DNA from: Rebecca billardiae RCC1528 | Taxonomy: Eukaryota > Protista > Haptophyta | Assembly (NCBI GenBank): GCA_965240325.2 | Contig: OZ251244.1 | Span: 1,302,001 to 1,366,000, forward strand | Direction: 5' to 3' | DNA length: 64,000 nt | In this document: piece after piece, positions 1-10,916 of the stretch | Position numbering within the stretch: position 1 is the first letter of the stretch | Layout of the letters: each line of letters opens with the position of its first letter | The notes under the pieces: model-generated | Told to the model about the DNA's origin: nothing | Database searches by the model: none | The model's input: only the letters and a program-made list of their open reading frames with translations | Made by a program: the position numbers and the translations under genes

Positions 1-1181
1 AAAGGTTGCGACCGGGTCGTAACTTAAGCCCCAACCCCCGCGCGAACCCCCTGCCGAAGTTGACGCGAACCGGAGCGAACCTATGTCCATGAGAAGCACC
101 CTCACGAGCCCACGAGCGCCGCTCATGCCGGCTCGCCGCCACCCTCCGGCGTCAAAGGAGCCATTCCTTCGCGAGACGTCGCCGTCGACGATCATCCTGA
201 TGATGGCCATGATACGCGCGCAGCGTGCCCGCCATGGAGCGCCGCTGGCGGACGACGCTCAGACCAGCGTGCTGACGAAGAGCCAAAGGCTCCGCGCGAA
301 CGCGCACACGCACACGGGCGACAGCAGCCCACCGCCATTAGCAGGCGCAGGACGAGACCCCACTTCGATCGATGACTCGGACACCAGCGAGGCGCACACG
401 ATCGGTGCCAAGCGCCCGCGCCCGTCGGAGGACGACACGTCGGCGCCGCTAGCCCACAGCCGACCTCGGACTTGCACGTTGCTTCCGCTCGTGTGCACTG
501 TCACCTCCAGCAGCGTCACGCCGCTCGGGCGTGATGACACCGCCGGCGCAACGCAACCATCCAACTGATGAGGCGGCGTGGTACCTCCGCCTCGGTTCCC
601 GAACGCATCGCCTGTCTGGGCGGCTGCCCGGCCCCCGGGGCGCGAGCCGGCGGCGGAGAACGGCTACGCTTAGTCGGATCGCGCGGCTCCAGGTCGTGAG
701 CACGGCTGCTCACTACCGTCGGGCGCCGTTCTGACAGTAGTTAGAACTGTCGGACCGTCTACGACTAAGTACGTCGTCAGCCCGAGAATAGACCGTCTGC
801 TAAGCTCATACGGTATTCCGAGACAGTGCCTTCGGTAGCGAGTACCACTACACACAACGACTGGCCGTCCCAATCTAAATCTGCACTCTACGAAGTCGCT
901 CCCCCGGGCCCGGGAATTAGTCTGGGACCGAAAATCTGCATGCAGTAGCGGGACGACTACATCACCGCCGGATCACCCGCCAGGGCCCAGCGGCTGAGAC
1001 GGCCGTCTGACATCCGGACCTGCACCCTCGCCCTCGCTCGGGGCACAGCAGGTCCATGCGAGCCGCGCAGCGCAGGTGGATCGCGCTCCAGCAGCTCAAG
1101 GCCGCGCTCAAGCCATTCGATCGCGGTTCAGGCTATGCTCTGCCACCAGCGCCGACTTCGTGTCGACGATCGGGCACTGCC

Positions 1182-1345
1182 GACGACGAATCAGGAGACC
1201 TGCGCCGTCCTACCTGTGTCGTTAAATCATAGAATGAGTCTGAGTGCACTCGAGCGAAAACGTGCCAGGCTAGGCATGCGCGGCCCAGACGACGAATCAG
1301 GAGACCTGCGCCGTCCTACCTGTGTCGTTAAATCATAGAATGAGT
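1182..1345 (+). repeat. 58-bp direct repeat (1182-1239 and 1288-1345)
   Basis: Identical GACGACGAATCAGGAGACC...CATAGAATGAGT copies, one outside and one inside element A. Confidence 0.9.
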
Positions 1346-2440
1346 GCGGGCTAGGCATCTGGGGGCGATGCCTAGCCCGGCAGGCTAGGCATTCGCCCAT
1401 ACCCTCGCGCCTTCAGAACTTTCGGAAACGAAAGTCGCGCAAAGGCGGCCCCGGTCTTCTTTCACGGCGGCGCAAGGGGCGCGGGGGCGCTGGCTCGCGA
1501 TCCGAAGGGCAGTCGCTCGCGACCTCGCTTGGGCGGCGGCAGCGGCGCTGCGGCATACTGTTTGCCACCCGCGCGGCTGTGTGCGATCGCGCGGTCCCGT
1601 TCGTCGCCACGCCGCGCGCGACCGTTCACGGCACAGTCTTTCCGCACTGTGAGCACCCCTTGCCAGCGCACGGCGGCGGAGAGCCCAGACAGCCCGTCAC
1701 GCGCGCGACGTCCTTGTGGGATGCGATGTACCCAGGTTCTTTGGGTTCCCGGAGGCATGCGCTTGCCCACGGGGTGGGCAAGAGGATCATGGACGACTGC
1801 TGCGCTGTCCATGCCTCGTTGACCGATTGGCAGACGATGACTCATCTTGCAGCAGTAGAGAGTGGTCTGGATGCTGAACAGGCTCACCAAAACGCAGGCG
1901 CATGCTAGCATTAGGGTGAGTACATCGCATCCCACAAGGACGTCGCGCGCGTGACGGGCTGTCTGGGCTCTCCGCCGCCGTGCGCTGGCAAGGGGTGCTC
2001 ACAGTGCGGAAAGACTGTGCCGTGAACGGTCGCGCGCGGCGTGGCGACGAACGGGACCGCGCGATCGCACACAGCCGCGCGGGTGGCAAACAGTATGCCG
2101 CAGCGCCGCTGCCGCCGCCCAAGCGAGGTCGCGAGCGACTGCCCTTCGGATCGCGAGCCAGCGCCCCCGCGCCCCTTGCGCCGCCGTGAAAGAAGACCGG
2201 GGCCGCCTTTGCGCGACTTTCGTTTCCGAAAGTTCTGACGACGCGAGGGTATGGGCGAATGCCTAGCCTGCCGGGCTAGGCATCGCCCCCAGATGCCTAC
2301 AGTTTACTAAGAATAAGAGACGCACACAGCTCAGGCAGGCGAGATTGACGCCCGCCAACTGTCACCGCCCATGAAGCCGTCGCCGAGCCCGCACTGGGCC
2401 GCGCATGCCTAGCCTGGCACGTTTTCGCTCGAGTGCACTC
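1242..2440. mobile_element. Non-autonomous foldback/TIR DNA element A (GAG...CTC termini, 5-bp TSD AGTCT)
   Basis: Outer 47-bp TIRs at 1242-1288 and 2394-2440. Inner 380-bp near-perfect inverted arms at 1352-1731 and 1920-2299 (2 mismatches seen) around a 188-bp spacer. AGTCT at 1237-1241 and 2441-2445. Subterminal GGCTAGGCAT motifs in both orientations. Confidence 0.85.
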
Positions 2441-2947
2441 AGTCTTCATCGTCACTCCGGTCACGGCGGACCGGCGCAAAGCGGACTGCATGGGACGACG
2501 GGCGCGAGCGCGAGGAAACGACGGAAGGTCAGACCCGGCCGTTTCCGACCTTCGCGGCAACGACCCGCCCCTCCATCCGCAAGCAATCGGCACCAACCAC
2601 TGGAGCGCACGTGGAACCTCTCAGTCTCACTCCCGCATTGATGGCCTGGACCGCACGCGTGCTGACGGCCAGTGCCGCAGTAGTCTGTAGTTGGCATCAA
2701 GCTCGCCGGTCCCGAGGCCGTTGCCGGGAAGAAGACGGGTGACAGCAGCGCGCTGCAGAAGCAGAAGGAGTTGCTCGCAAAGCGCGTTTGGCGAGCGAGG
2801 GCGAAACTTGGCACTTGCTCCGAAGGCGCGCGCGGCCTCCGCGCAGTCCCACTGCACTGTCACTCCTCCGAGGCCGCCGCCGTGATCAGTTTCAGCGGGC
2901 CATCTTGCGAGATCACTGCTCACCCACGGGCCGGGTGCAGATCCGTT

Positions 2948-3025
2948 GGAAGGGTGACGGGAGTCATGCTGGAGCGCAGAGTGCCCGGAAGGGTGACGGG
3001 AGTCGTGCTGCTGAAGCGCAGGGTA
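2948..3025 (+). repeat. Short tandem duplication (about 39-42 bp, 2 copies)
   Basis: GGAAGGGTGACGGGAGTC(A/G)TGCTG...AGCGCAG repeated twice. Confidence 0.7.
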
Positions 3026-3249
3026 CCTGCTCGGCTCAGTGTCGTGAACGCCGGCGGCGACTGAGGTCCGCGGACTTCCTAGACCTAGTTCCTGACGGTG
3101 ATGAGTCACTTCGGCCACTCGTCGGAGTGGCGGACGGTGCGGCGGTGCCCGGGGCGGCGGTCAGCCTCCGAGTTCCGGAGCTTGATGCTGCTGGCGGATC
3201 TGCTGATGTACTTGAAGCTGCTGTGCCTGTAACTGGCCTGTTGCAAATT

Positions 3250-4330
3250 GAATAAATACCAACAAATATGTGACGGCGACATCCCAGTGGGAATCCGCGT
3301 GACGCCCGGTTGGATGCAGAGTGTTCTCGACGAGGATGGCGTCTGGACCGCGGGGAACGCGATCGCTGCACCCCTGAGGTTGTCGTGAGTGCAGCAATCC
3401 ACTTGCGCCAGGCTGGGGCGTGACCTACGTCGAGAACACTCTGCATCCAAGTGGGCACCCCCTCATGTCCAAGCGGAAGCAGAAGCTCTCCGCGCGCGGT
3501 CGACGCGGCAAGAAAGCTCAGAAGGGCTGGAGCTCAAGATTCAGCGCATGCTGCAGCCCGCAAGACGCGTGAGGAGGCGGGCACGAGGCGCTACGCAAGT
3601 CCCGGTCGACCTCGATCTCATCGTCCGAGTCCTCAGCTCCAGCGCCGGCCTTCCGCTGGAGCTGCGCCGTCACGTCGTGCGACGTGCCAGTCGTTGAGCT
3701 CGCTGAAGATGGGGCGGAGCGCGCAGGGACCGGATGTCGGGCGCATGTTGCGCGGGAGCGCGGCACGGCACGGTGCGCACGAGCACGGCCAGCGACACAC
3801 CCACATGCGACCCGCCTGGTCGATGCGCAGGTTGTGGAAGCTCTTCCGGCTTGAGTGCGGGCGCGCTTCTCGTCGCGCGTCGCCGGGTCGATTGTGTCGT
3901 ACCCCGGAAAGTCGCGGTGATCTCGGCGTAGGTTACCACCACACGATCGCGCGTCCTCGCGAGCTGCGCGCGCGTGCGGTTCATAATCAGCTCCGAGCCG
4001 CCCAGCTCCGTGTTCATCTGCTTGGCCGTCCCCAGCCAGCGCGCGATCTCCTCGGTGAAGCTGATAATGCGGGGCGCCCTCCTCGAGCGCCACCGAGGCC
4101 CGAGCGCATCAGCTCCGGGTTGACACTGGCTCGCAGAGCGCTTCCTGGACGACTAGCAGCGACGCGTGGCACTCATTGAGCCCGGTCACAACGGGGCCAT
4201 CCCAGCCGTGGATGACGCCGGCGGCAACTAGTCTGATGACAGTGAATCCTACGAGTACTATCTCATTCTCTTGCAGTACTGTCCTGTTGAGCACCGTTCG
4301 GACACTGCGCCGTAAGCTTCTACTGATCCT
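3250..4330 (-). pseudogene. Decayed, frameshifted DDE/D transposase remnant, Sola(2)-like
   Basis: Minus-strand fragments in shifting frames, in the expected order: SERCSTGQY (resembles SDGCxxQY), HGWDGP/C-D/GLN (resembles HGKxxxDG), IISFTEEIARWLG, then KSFHNLRID...RWPCSCAPC...CALRPIFSELNDW. Recognised by eye only. Confidence 0.45.
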
Positions 4331-5034
4331 CGACGCTTACCTCTAGACCCCGACACTGCTTTGGGGGCGTCTGGGGACTGATCGTGGCTGGCACCGAGGT
4401 GGTCGACTTCATCTACTTGGCTGGCGCACCTTCGACTCCTCCAATACCCAGTAGAAGTACCGCGAGCTCTCGTGGTGGCACTCCGAGGAGCGCTGCACCG
4501 CAAGGCGAGCGCAGATTGCAGATGGTGATTGCGAGCGCGCCCGCGGGCGAGACTACGCACAACTCGAGCACGATGGGGAAGGCGTTGAGGAAGATCCCGG
4601 TCGTTCTCTCGGCCGCAGACCACAGCATGATTCTCGACCAGATGGCTGAGCGCGCCGACGCGCTCGATCACAACTCGTGTCGGCACTGCACGCGGACGGC
4701 GTCGACGAGTGTCGACCTGACTGCCGAGCGTGCCGTGACTGTATAGCATGCAGCGTGGCGCACACTCTGTCTAGAACCGTAGGCAAGCGTCGACGCGCGT
4801 CGTCTGGTGCGACGCGCGCCTCCTGAGCGCCTCCCGTGGCCGCCGCCGCAGCGCGGCAGCGGCCATCATGAAAAAAATTCGCTCGCCGAAATTCCCTCCG
4901 ATGTCGCGTTTGGTCTCACTTCAAAATGCAACAAGCCAACTCAGACTAAGTACTACCGTCTACCGGATTCAACCGACTTAGTTAGTCTTAGACCGCGTAC
5001 GATGTTCTGATATCGTCATTTAATCAGCAGCAGT

Positions 5035-5175
5035 ATATATTCGCTATATATATATTAGTTTAATATTAGTATTATTATATATATATATGTCGTATCATTC
5101 ATCGGACCGTATATATATATCTGAATTAAAATTATGCCACTCGTCGCCATTATTATTGCCATATATATATATATC
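5035..5175. repeat. AT-rich tract with several short (TA)n runs
   Basis: Several (TA)n runs within a very GC-rich background. Confidence 0.85.
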
Positions 5176-7096
5176 AGCGCAACTCCCGTGACGCAGATGG
5201 TGACGACCTCGTCCGTGCTGCAGGCGGTGCTGCTGCTGCCGGCGATCCCTCGTGTCCGTGTCCGTGATGACCTTGGGCCGCGGCTGGGCGCGTCGGAGCG
5301 TGCCGCGCCTCGACGCGGAAGCTTCGCGGTGCCGGCGCAGCCGTTGCGCTCGGAGCAGGCTGACGGCGCTGCCACGGCTCACTGGCAGCCCCCGCCGCGG
5401 CTGCAGCAGGAGCGGCCGCCGGCCGGGCCAAGCCTGCCGGTGCGCCCCGGCTGCTGGCAGTCCAGACGAGCCGGCGGGGCGTCCACCCGCCGACGAGCCA
5501 CTGCAGCAGCCCTCGCTCCACGTCCGGCGCAACGGCGCCGCCGACGCCCGTCGCGATCGGGGCGCGCTGCTCGCGACTGCGCGGTGGCTCGCGGAGCTCG
5601 CCGCTCGCGTGCGCGCCAGGCTGCGGCGCGCCAGGGCTCGCGCCGCTGCGCGGCGCCAGCGCTGCAGCCGGGAGTGGCGCGCGCGCCTTGCCCTGGGCAG
5701 CGCCGGCGCCTGCACTGCCCTCGCGCCCTCCGCGGCCGTGCTTCGCGCGGGCACGCCCGGCGTCGGCCGTCGCCGGCTGCTCGATGGCAGCGCGAGGTGC
5801 AGCGTCGTGGGCCTTGCCGGGCGCGGGCGGCTGCTTCGGCGGAGCCGCCGCCACGGGCGCGCCAGGGCGATCGTCGCCAGCCGCCTTTTTGGGGGGCGGC
5901 GGCGTTGTCGCGCCCGCGGCCGCGCGCGCCGAGCGCGCAGCGCGCTGCACCCTCTCGCGCATGTACTCTGGCGTGTCGAAGTGGATGGCGAGGGGCCTGA
6001 CGCCCTCGAGCACGTCCGGAGGGGGGGCGCTCGCCCCGTCGGCAGCACCGGCGTCAGGGGCGCCACCGCCGCCGCCTGCCGGCAGCTTGAGCGCCGCCGC
6101 CGCCTCCACACCGCCGGTGCCGGCGCCGCCCCCGCCGAGCGCCGCGCCGCCCGCGACGGCGCTTCCTCCAGCAGGGGGCTCGGAGGCCTCGCGCGCCATG
6201 CGCGCAGGACGAGGCGGCCTCGTGCCCCGCGCCACGTCCCCGCGCGGCCCGCCCCGGCCGAGCCGCCCGCCGCGCGCACCCATCGGCGGCACGATCGCCG
6301 CGCGCAGCCCGCCGCCCTCCGCCTCAAAAAACACGTAGCGCTCTCCCCGGCTCCCCTCGTTGGCCGCGTAGAAGCGATCTGTGCGCGCGGCGAGGGCGGC
6401 GTCGTACTCGTCGGACCAGCGCTGCAGCCGGGAGCCCTCGGGCTCGCACTCGCCGAGCGCACAGCACGGCCCGCACACGCGCGTCGGGTGGCACGACTCC
6501 TCCGGCCCCGAGAGCACGCACAGGAGCGAGCGCGCGGCGCGCAGCGTGAGCGACGCAAACTTCTCTGCGTCGCAGCAGCCGGCGCACTCGGCCGTGAGGC
6601 TCTCGCAGCAGCCGCGGGCGCACGGCTGGCAGCACTCGTCGCAGCACCGCCCGCCGCCGCGCTGCGGCGGCGGCACGGGCGGCGGCGGCCGCTCGAGCGC
6701 CACGTCCGCGGTGTACACGTACACGGGGTCGCACGGCTCGCACAGGTTAGATGCGAGGAATCGGGCAATCGAGGCGTAGACGTCGAGCGCGCGCGCGTGG
6801 TGCTCGAAGCAGGCGGCGGCGGCGTTGTCGGGCTCGCGCGTCACCACGCCGCACGCCGCCGCCGCCACGCAGCCGCAGCCCGCGCAGCAGCAGTGGGTGA
6901 GCAGCCGGAGCGGAACCTCTGCGGAAAGAGCGACGAGCTGCTGGCACCAGTAGGCGCAGAGGCCGCACGGGCCGGGCGCGCTGGCCCGGCGCGCGGCGGC
7001 CTCCTCGGCCTCCATCGCGGCGACGATCGCGCGGTACTCCAGCATCGCCGCGTCGTACTCGCCCTGCGTGCGGCATTGCCGCGTGTGCAGCACCAT
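5174..7096 (-). CDS. Hypothetical protein with Cys-rich N-terminal half and Ala/Pro/Gly-rich C-terminus
   Basis: Long ORF with likely ATG at 7096 (MVLHTRQCRTQGEYDAAMLEY). Contains CCCAGCGC and CCDECCQPC...GCC clusters. The 3' extent is uncertain. Confidence 0.5.
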   Translation of the reverse strand: MVLHTRQCRTQGEYDAAMLEYRAIVAAMEAEEAAARRASAPGPCGLCAYWCQQLVALSAEVPLRLLTHCCCAGCGCVAAAACGVVTREPDNAAAACFEHHARALDVYASIARFLASNLCEPCDPVYVYTADVALERPPPPVPPPQRGGGRCCDECCQPCARGCCESLTAECAGCCDAEKFASLTLRAARSLLCVLSGPEESCHPTRVCGPCCALGECEPEGSRLQRWSDEYDAALAARTDRFYAANEGSRGERYVFFEAEGGGLRAAIVPPMGARGGRLGRGGPRGDVARGTRPPRPARMAREASEPPAGGSAVAGGAALGGGGAGTGGVEAAAALKLPAGGGGGAPDAGAADGASAPPPDVLEGVRPLAIHFDTPEYMRERVQRAARSARAAAGATTPPPPKKAAGDDRPGAPVAAAPPKQPPAPGKAHDAAPRAAIEQPATADAGRARAKHGRGGREGSAGAGAAQGKARAPLPAAALAPRSGASPGAPQPGAHASGELREPPRSREQRAPIATGVGGAVAPDVERGLLQWLVGGWTPRRLVWTASSRGAPAGLARPAAAPAAAAAGAASEPWQRRQPAPSATAAPAPRSFRVEARHAPTRPAAAQGHHGHGHEGSPAAAAPPAARTRSSPSASRELR

Positions 7097-7330
7097 ACTG
7101 CCGTCAGCCGCCGCCACCTGCCGCCCGGGCCGGCCGTGGACTTGTCCCGCCAAACATTTTCCGCTGACGAAATCGACGCCGGTAGTCGCCGGAGTCCCGG
7201 ACGCACCGAACGGTCGGCTCGCTCAGCCCGGGCCGGGGCCCGGCCCCGCCGCCGGGCGGCCTACCGCCGCTACGATAACGATACGCCATACGGGCACGGG
7301 CGCCACTCATGGAGGTCGACTTTTGAACGC

Positions 7331-9073
7331 TCAGTACGCCGTGCAGTACGAGCCGGCGTCGACCGCGCAGCGCTTCACGAGCCACGGCTTGATGCGGTGT
7401 ATGATGAGGTAGTGGCCCCTGTGCGCGCCGCGCGCCGCAGCCGCCAAGCGCCGGCGCCACGCGCCCGCGGCGCGGGCGGCGCCGGCGCGCGCGCCATCCG
7501 CCGACGCCACCGCCTCCCACTGAGCCAGCTGGTCGAGTGGCGAGGCCGAGGCGGCAGGCATCGACCAGCCGGCGCGCACGGCCAGCGCGGCGCGCGGGCC
7601 CACGCGCTCCGCGCCGCGCACGGCCGCGCCCGCTTGCCGCGCCGCGCTGCCGCCGCCGTCGGAGCTGGCAGCCCCAGGCCGCGCTGTCGGCGCTCGCTCG
7701 CGCCGCACTGCCAGCGGCCCGCGCGCGCGCGGCTGCGGCGCGGGCCGCGCGAAGCGGTGGAAGCGCGGCGCGAGGCCGCTCGTGCGCACGCAGAGCGAGT
7801 CGAGCGCGAGCTTGCCCAGCCGGTTCTCCGCCGCCTTGAACGGGTTCCGGTCCTTGATGCGCGACGTGTTCACCAAGTGTACAATGGCGGGCGCATTTCC
7901 GTTCTGCCCATTTCCTTTTATTTTCTCGTCGTCGTCATTTGCGCTCGCCTCCAGCTGCTGCATCAGCAGCCGCGCGCCGCCGAGCGCCGAGCTCGCGTTC
8001 GCGCTCGGCGCCGCGCCGCCCATCCACGCCCCGCGCGGCGCCGCGCCGCCCCCGCCCGCCGGCCGCGCGGACGAGCCCGACGGAACCCGCCGCCAGCGCA
8101 CCGCGCGCACAGCCACGGGCGGCAGGCCGTCGTCGTCCCGACCGGCGCACGGCGTCGGGTCGCCATGCGGATTGGGTCCGGCGGCGGGCCGCGCGCCGGC
8201 GTCCGCGCGCGCGAGGACGGGGGCGCGCGTGCCGAGCAGCGCCGCGCCCACCAGCCCGTCCTCCACGCGGCACGCGCGCGAGATCGGCAGCATCGTCTCC
8301 GCCGCCCTCATCGCCAGATCGTGCGACAGAACATAGCCTGCACCAAACGCATACACGCCGTACGCGCGCGTGCCGAGGGTGGTGCCGAAGCCGTCGTCCT
8401 GCCACTTGCCCTCGGTCTGCACGGCGACGCCGCCCTTGCGCATCTTGCCCCAGTACAGCCCGGCGCGCGGCAGCGTCACCAGCGTCGCGAGCAGCCCGCC
8501 GACGCACGCGTACGCGTCGTCATCCGTCTTGAGTAAGTACTTATACCGCACGTGAGTAGCGATCCACTCGAACGCGCCGAGCACCTTGGTGGGCAGGTTG
8601 CCGTACACCTCGGGCGTGCGCAGGGTGAGGTCGAGCACGCTCGGCGCCGCCCACTCGTGCCGCGCCGGCGCGCCGATCGTCTCGTTCGCGTAGATGAGTA
8701 CGAAGAGGACCGAGCAGCGTTGCCCGGGGATAGCCCACGAGGTGAGCAGCGCCTGGCGCTGGCGCCAGTTGGCGCGCGCGGAGAGCATGCCCACGACGAG
8801 GTCGTAGGTCGGCGACGAACCCGCCGCCCTGCCCCTCGGCCACGTCGCGCGCGGCGCCTCGTGGCTGAAGCACTCGTGCGCGGGCGCGATCGGAGCGAGG
8901 CCTGGCTCAATGAAGCGCTCGCGCGGCGCGTCGCCCGCGCACAGGAGGCCCGCGCCGCCGAGGAGGAGGAGGGCGCGCGCGCGGGTGGGCGTGTGGCCGC
9001 AGAGGCCAGCCGGACGGCGGGGTGCCCTCGCCGGGCCCAGCGCCGCCGACGGGCCCGCGCTCGGGGCGGCCAT
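7331..9073 (-). CDS. Glycosyltransferase family 31 (beta-1,3-galactosyltransferase-like)
   Basis: Motifs LVVGMLS...RQALLTSW, EVYGNLPTKV, YLLKTDDDAY, LYWG, YAFGAGYVLSHD and EDGLVG, with an N-terminal hydrophobic anchor. Alternative upstream start at 9157. Confidence 0.9.
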   Translation of the reverse strand: MAAPSAGPSAALGPARAPRRPAGLCGHTPTRARALLLLGGAGLLCAGDAPRERFIEPGLAPIAPAHECFSHEAPRATWPRGRAAGSSPTYDLVVGMLSARANWRQRQALLTSWAIPGQRCSVLFVLIYANETIGAPARHEWAAPSVLDLTLRTPEVYGNLPTKVLGAFEWIATHVRYKYLLKTDDDAYACVGGLLATLVTLPRAGLYWGKMRKGGVAVQTEGKWQDDGFGTTLGTRAYGVYAFGAGYVLSHDLAMRAAETMLPISRACRVEDGLVGAALLGTRAPVLARADAGARPAAGPNPHGDPTPCAGRDDDGLPPVAVRAVRWRRVPSGSSARPAGGGGAAPRGAWMGGAAPSANASSALGGARLLMQQLEASANDDDEKIKGNGQNGNAPAIVHLVNTSRIKDRNPFKAAENRLGKLALDSLCVRTSGLAPRFHRFARPAPQPRARGPLAVRRERAPTARPGAASSDGGGSAARQAGAAVRGAERVGPRAALAVRAGWSMPAASASPLDQLAQWEAVASADGARAGAARAAGAWRRRLAAAARGAHRGHYLIIHRIKPWLVKRCAVDAGSYCTAY

Positions 9074-9705
9074 CGTCGTCTGGTCGGCAGGCCGGCCCGC
9101 CGTGCAGTTCGCGCAAGCCCGCAAGCCGTCGCGTTCGTCGTCGACCCGTTTTCTCATTCACCTTATTTTAGGTTCGTCATCGAGTCCCTCGCATAAAGTA
9201 GTTACTGACGATAGCTGCTAGTGTCGTTAAATCATAGAATGAGTGTACACGACGATGTCGATGTGATGCCGTCAGGGAGTAGTGTACACGCGATGAATCG
9301 ATGCTCGACAACGGCCGCGGCCACACAGAGGCGGCGCGCGGCGGCGGATGTCGCGCAGAGTGAAGAGCGGCACGGCATGCGGGGTCGGATCCGCTGCGTG
9401 CAGGGCGCCGGGGTGGGGCCGTCCGCGGCGGCCGGAGCGTTTCAGTTTGCCGGGACGGCCGGACCCCGGGGCGTGCACGGCTGTGCAATACCGGTGGGAT
9501 GGGAGGAGGTGCGCGCGCACGCGCGTCTGTCTGTGCCCGGAAGTCAGCGCCGAGGTGGTCGTACAGCGGGGGAGCGGTTGGAGTGGAGCGCACGGGAGCC
9601 CAGAGTCCGTGCAGGCGAGGAGCCCGCCAGCAGCTCGGGCGGCGGCGCGCCAGAGAGAGGCGGCGCGCGCCGTGCGTGCCGCGGAGCGCGGGCGCGGCGC
9701 CGCGC

Positions 9706-10880
9706 TCACATCACGCCGTCCCTCAGCTCGCCGCCCGAGGGGATGGGCAGGCTGGTGGGGAGCAGCGGCTGCGAGCTCTGCGTCGGCATCGACCCCTGCG
9801 AGCCGAGCTCGCCGCCGCCCGAGCCCAGCTTGGACGCGCGCCCCTCGCGCTCGCTGAACGCCTCCATCAGCATGTCGTCCAGGCTCCCCGACGCAAGCGA
9901 CGGCATGCGCCCGGCCATTGCGGCGGAGGTGGCGATGAGGGAGTCCTGCCGCGCGGGTCCGGCGGTGGCGCTGGGCTCGGCGTGGTCGAGCACCTCGAGG
10001 AACATGTTCGCCTCCGACTGCGTCATCGAGAGCGGCGGCACCGCGCCGCCCGCCATCGTCGCCGGCGGCGCCACCGTCGGCGCCATCTCCGCCGCCGTCG
10101 GCGCCGTCGCGACAGGCCTCGGCGGCGGCGGCAGCGCGTCCGGCGCGGCGGGCGCGAGCGAGACGGGGTCGGAGAAGCGGTCCTCGACGGAGGGCGGCTG
10201 CTCGATCGCGCCGCTGGACAGCGGCATCGACCTCGCGTTCGCCGACGCCGCGGCGTTCGCCACCGCCGCGTTCACTTGCATGTGCGCGTGCACGCCGACG
10301 GCACTCGCCATAGCGTCCGGCCGCGCCATGCCCGTCATCGCGCCCGCCATCGCGCCTGCGGTCGCGTCGGCAATCATGTCGCAGACGGGCCTGCCCTGCG
10401 CGGCGGCGAGCATGGCGGCGGGGATCTCCGACATCGACGCCGGCGACGCGCCGTGCAGCGCCGCCGTCGCCGCCGCGCCGGCGAGCGCGGCGACGGTGGG
10501 CGGCGCGCCGGCGGCCACGGCCGCCGCCGCCGCGCACGCCGCGCGGCTCGACACGGGCTGCGCGCGCGACGCGTTTCCGGGGTCATCGATGCGCTCCTGG
10601 AACTCGTCCTCGATGGCGTTGACGAGGCTCGGCGCGCGGTTGATCTGCGCAACCGCGCGCGCGTCTTTGAAGATCGCCGACGGCGCCGCCGACGTCGGCA
10701 TGCCGCCGTCTGCCTTGAGTGCTGCACGGACCGAGTTGGCCGCGCTCGCCGCCGCGTTGGCCGCCGCGGCCGCGGCCGCGGCGGCGGGCATGCTCATCGG
10801 GACGGGCATGCCGGAGGCGTGCATGAGCGTCGGGCCCATGGGCATGCAGCTCGGCGGCATCGGCATCGGCGGCTTCGCCC

Positions 10881-10916
<36 letters not shown>

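Noticed and set aside
1-1180. Possible gene or retroelement at the window start
   Set aside because: Only short broken ORFs with no recognisable motif. It may be decayed repeat DNA but cannot be assigned.
1413-2238. Duplicated small ORFs (65-111 aa) on opposite strands
   Set aside because: They are by-products of the inverted repeat and have no recognisable domains.
5252-8536. 1094-aa + strand ORF and similar long Arg/Ala-rich ORFs (e.g. 9221-11587, 28676-34172, 45315-47003)
   Set aside because: These are antisense or off-frame shadows of real genes, caused by the scarcity of stop codons at very high GC.
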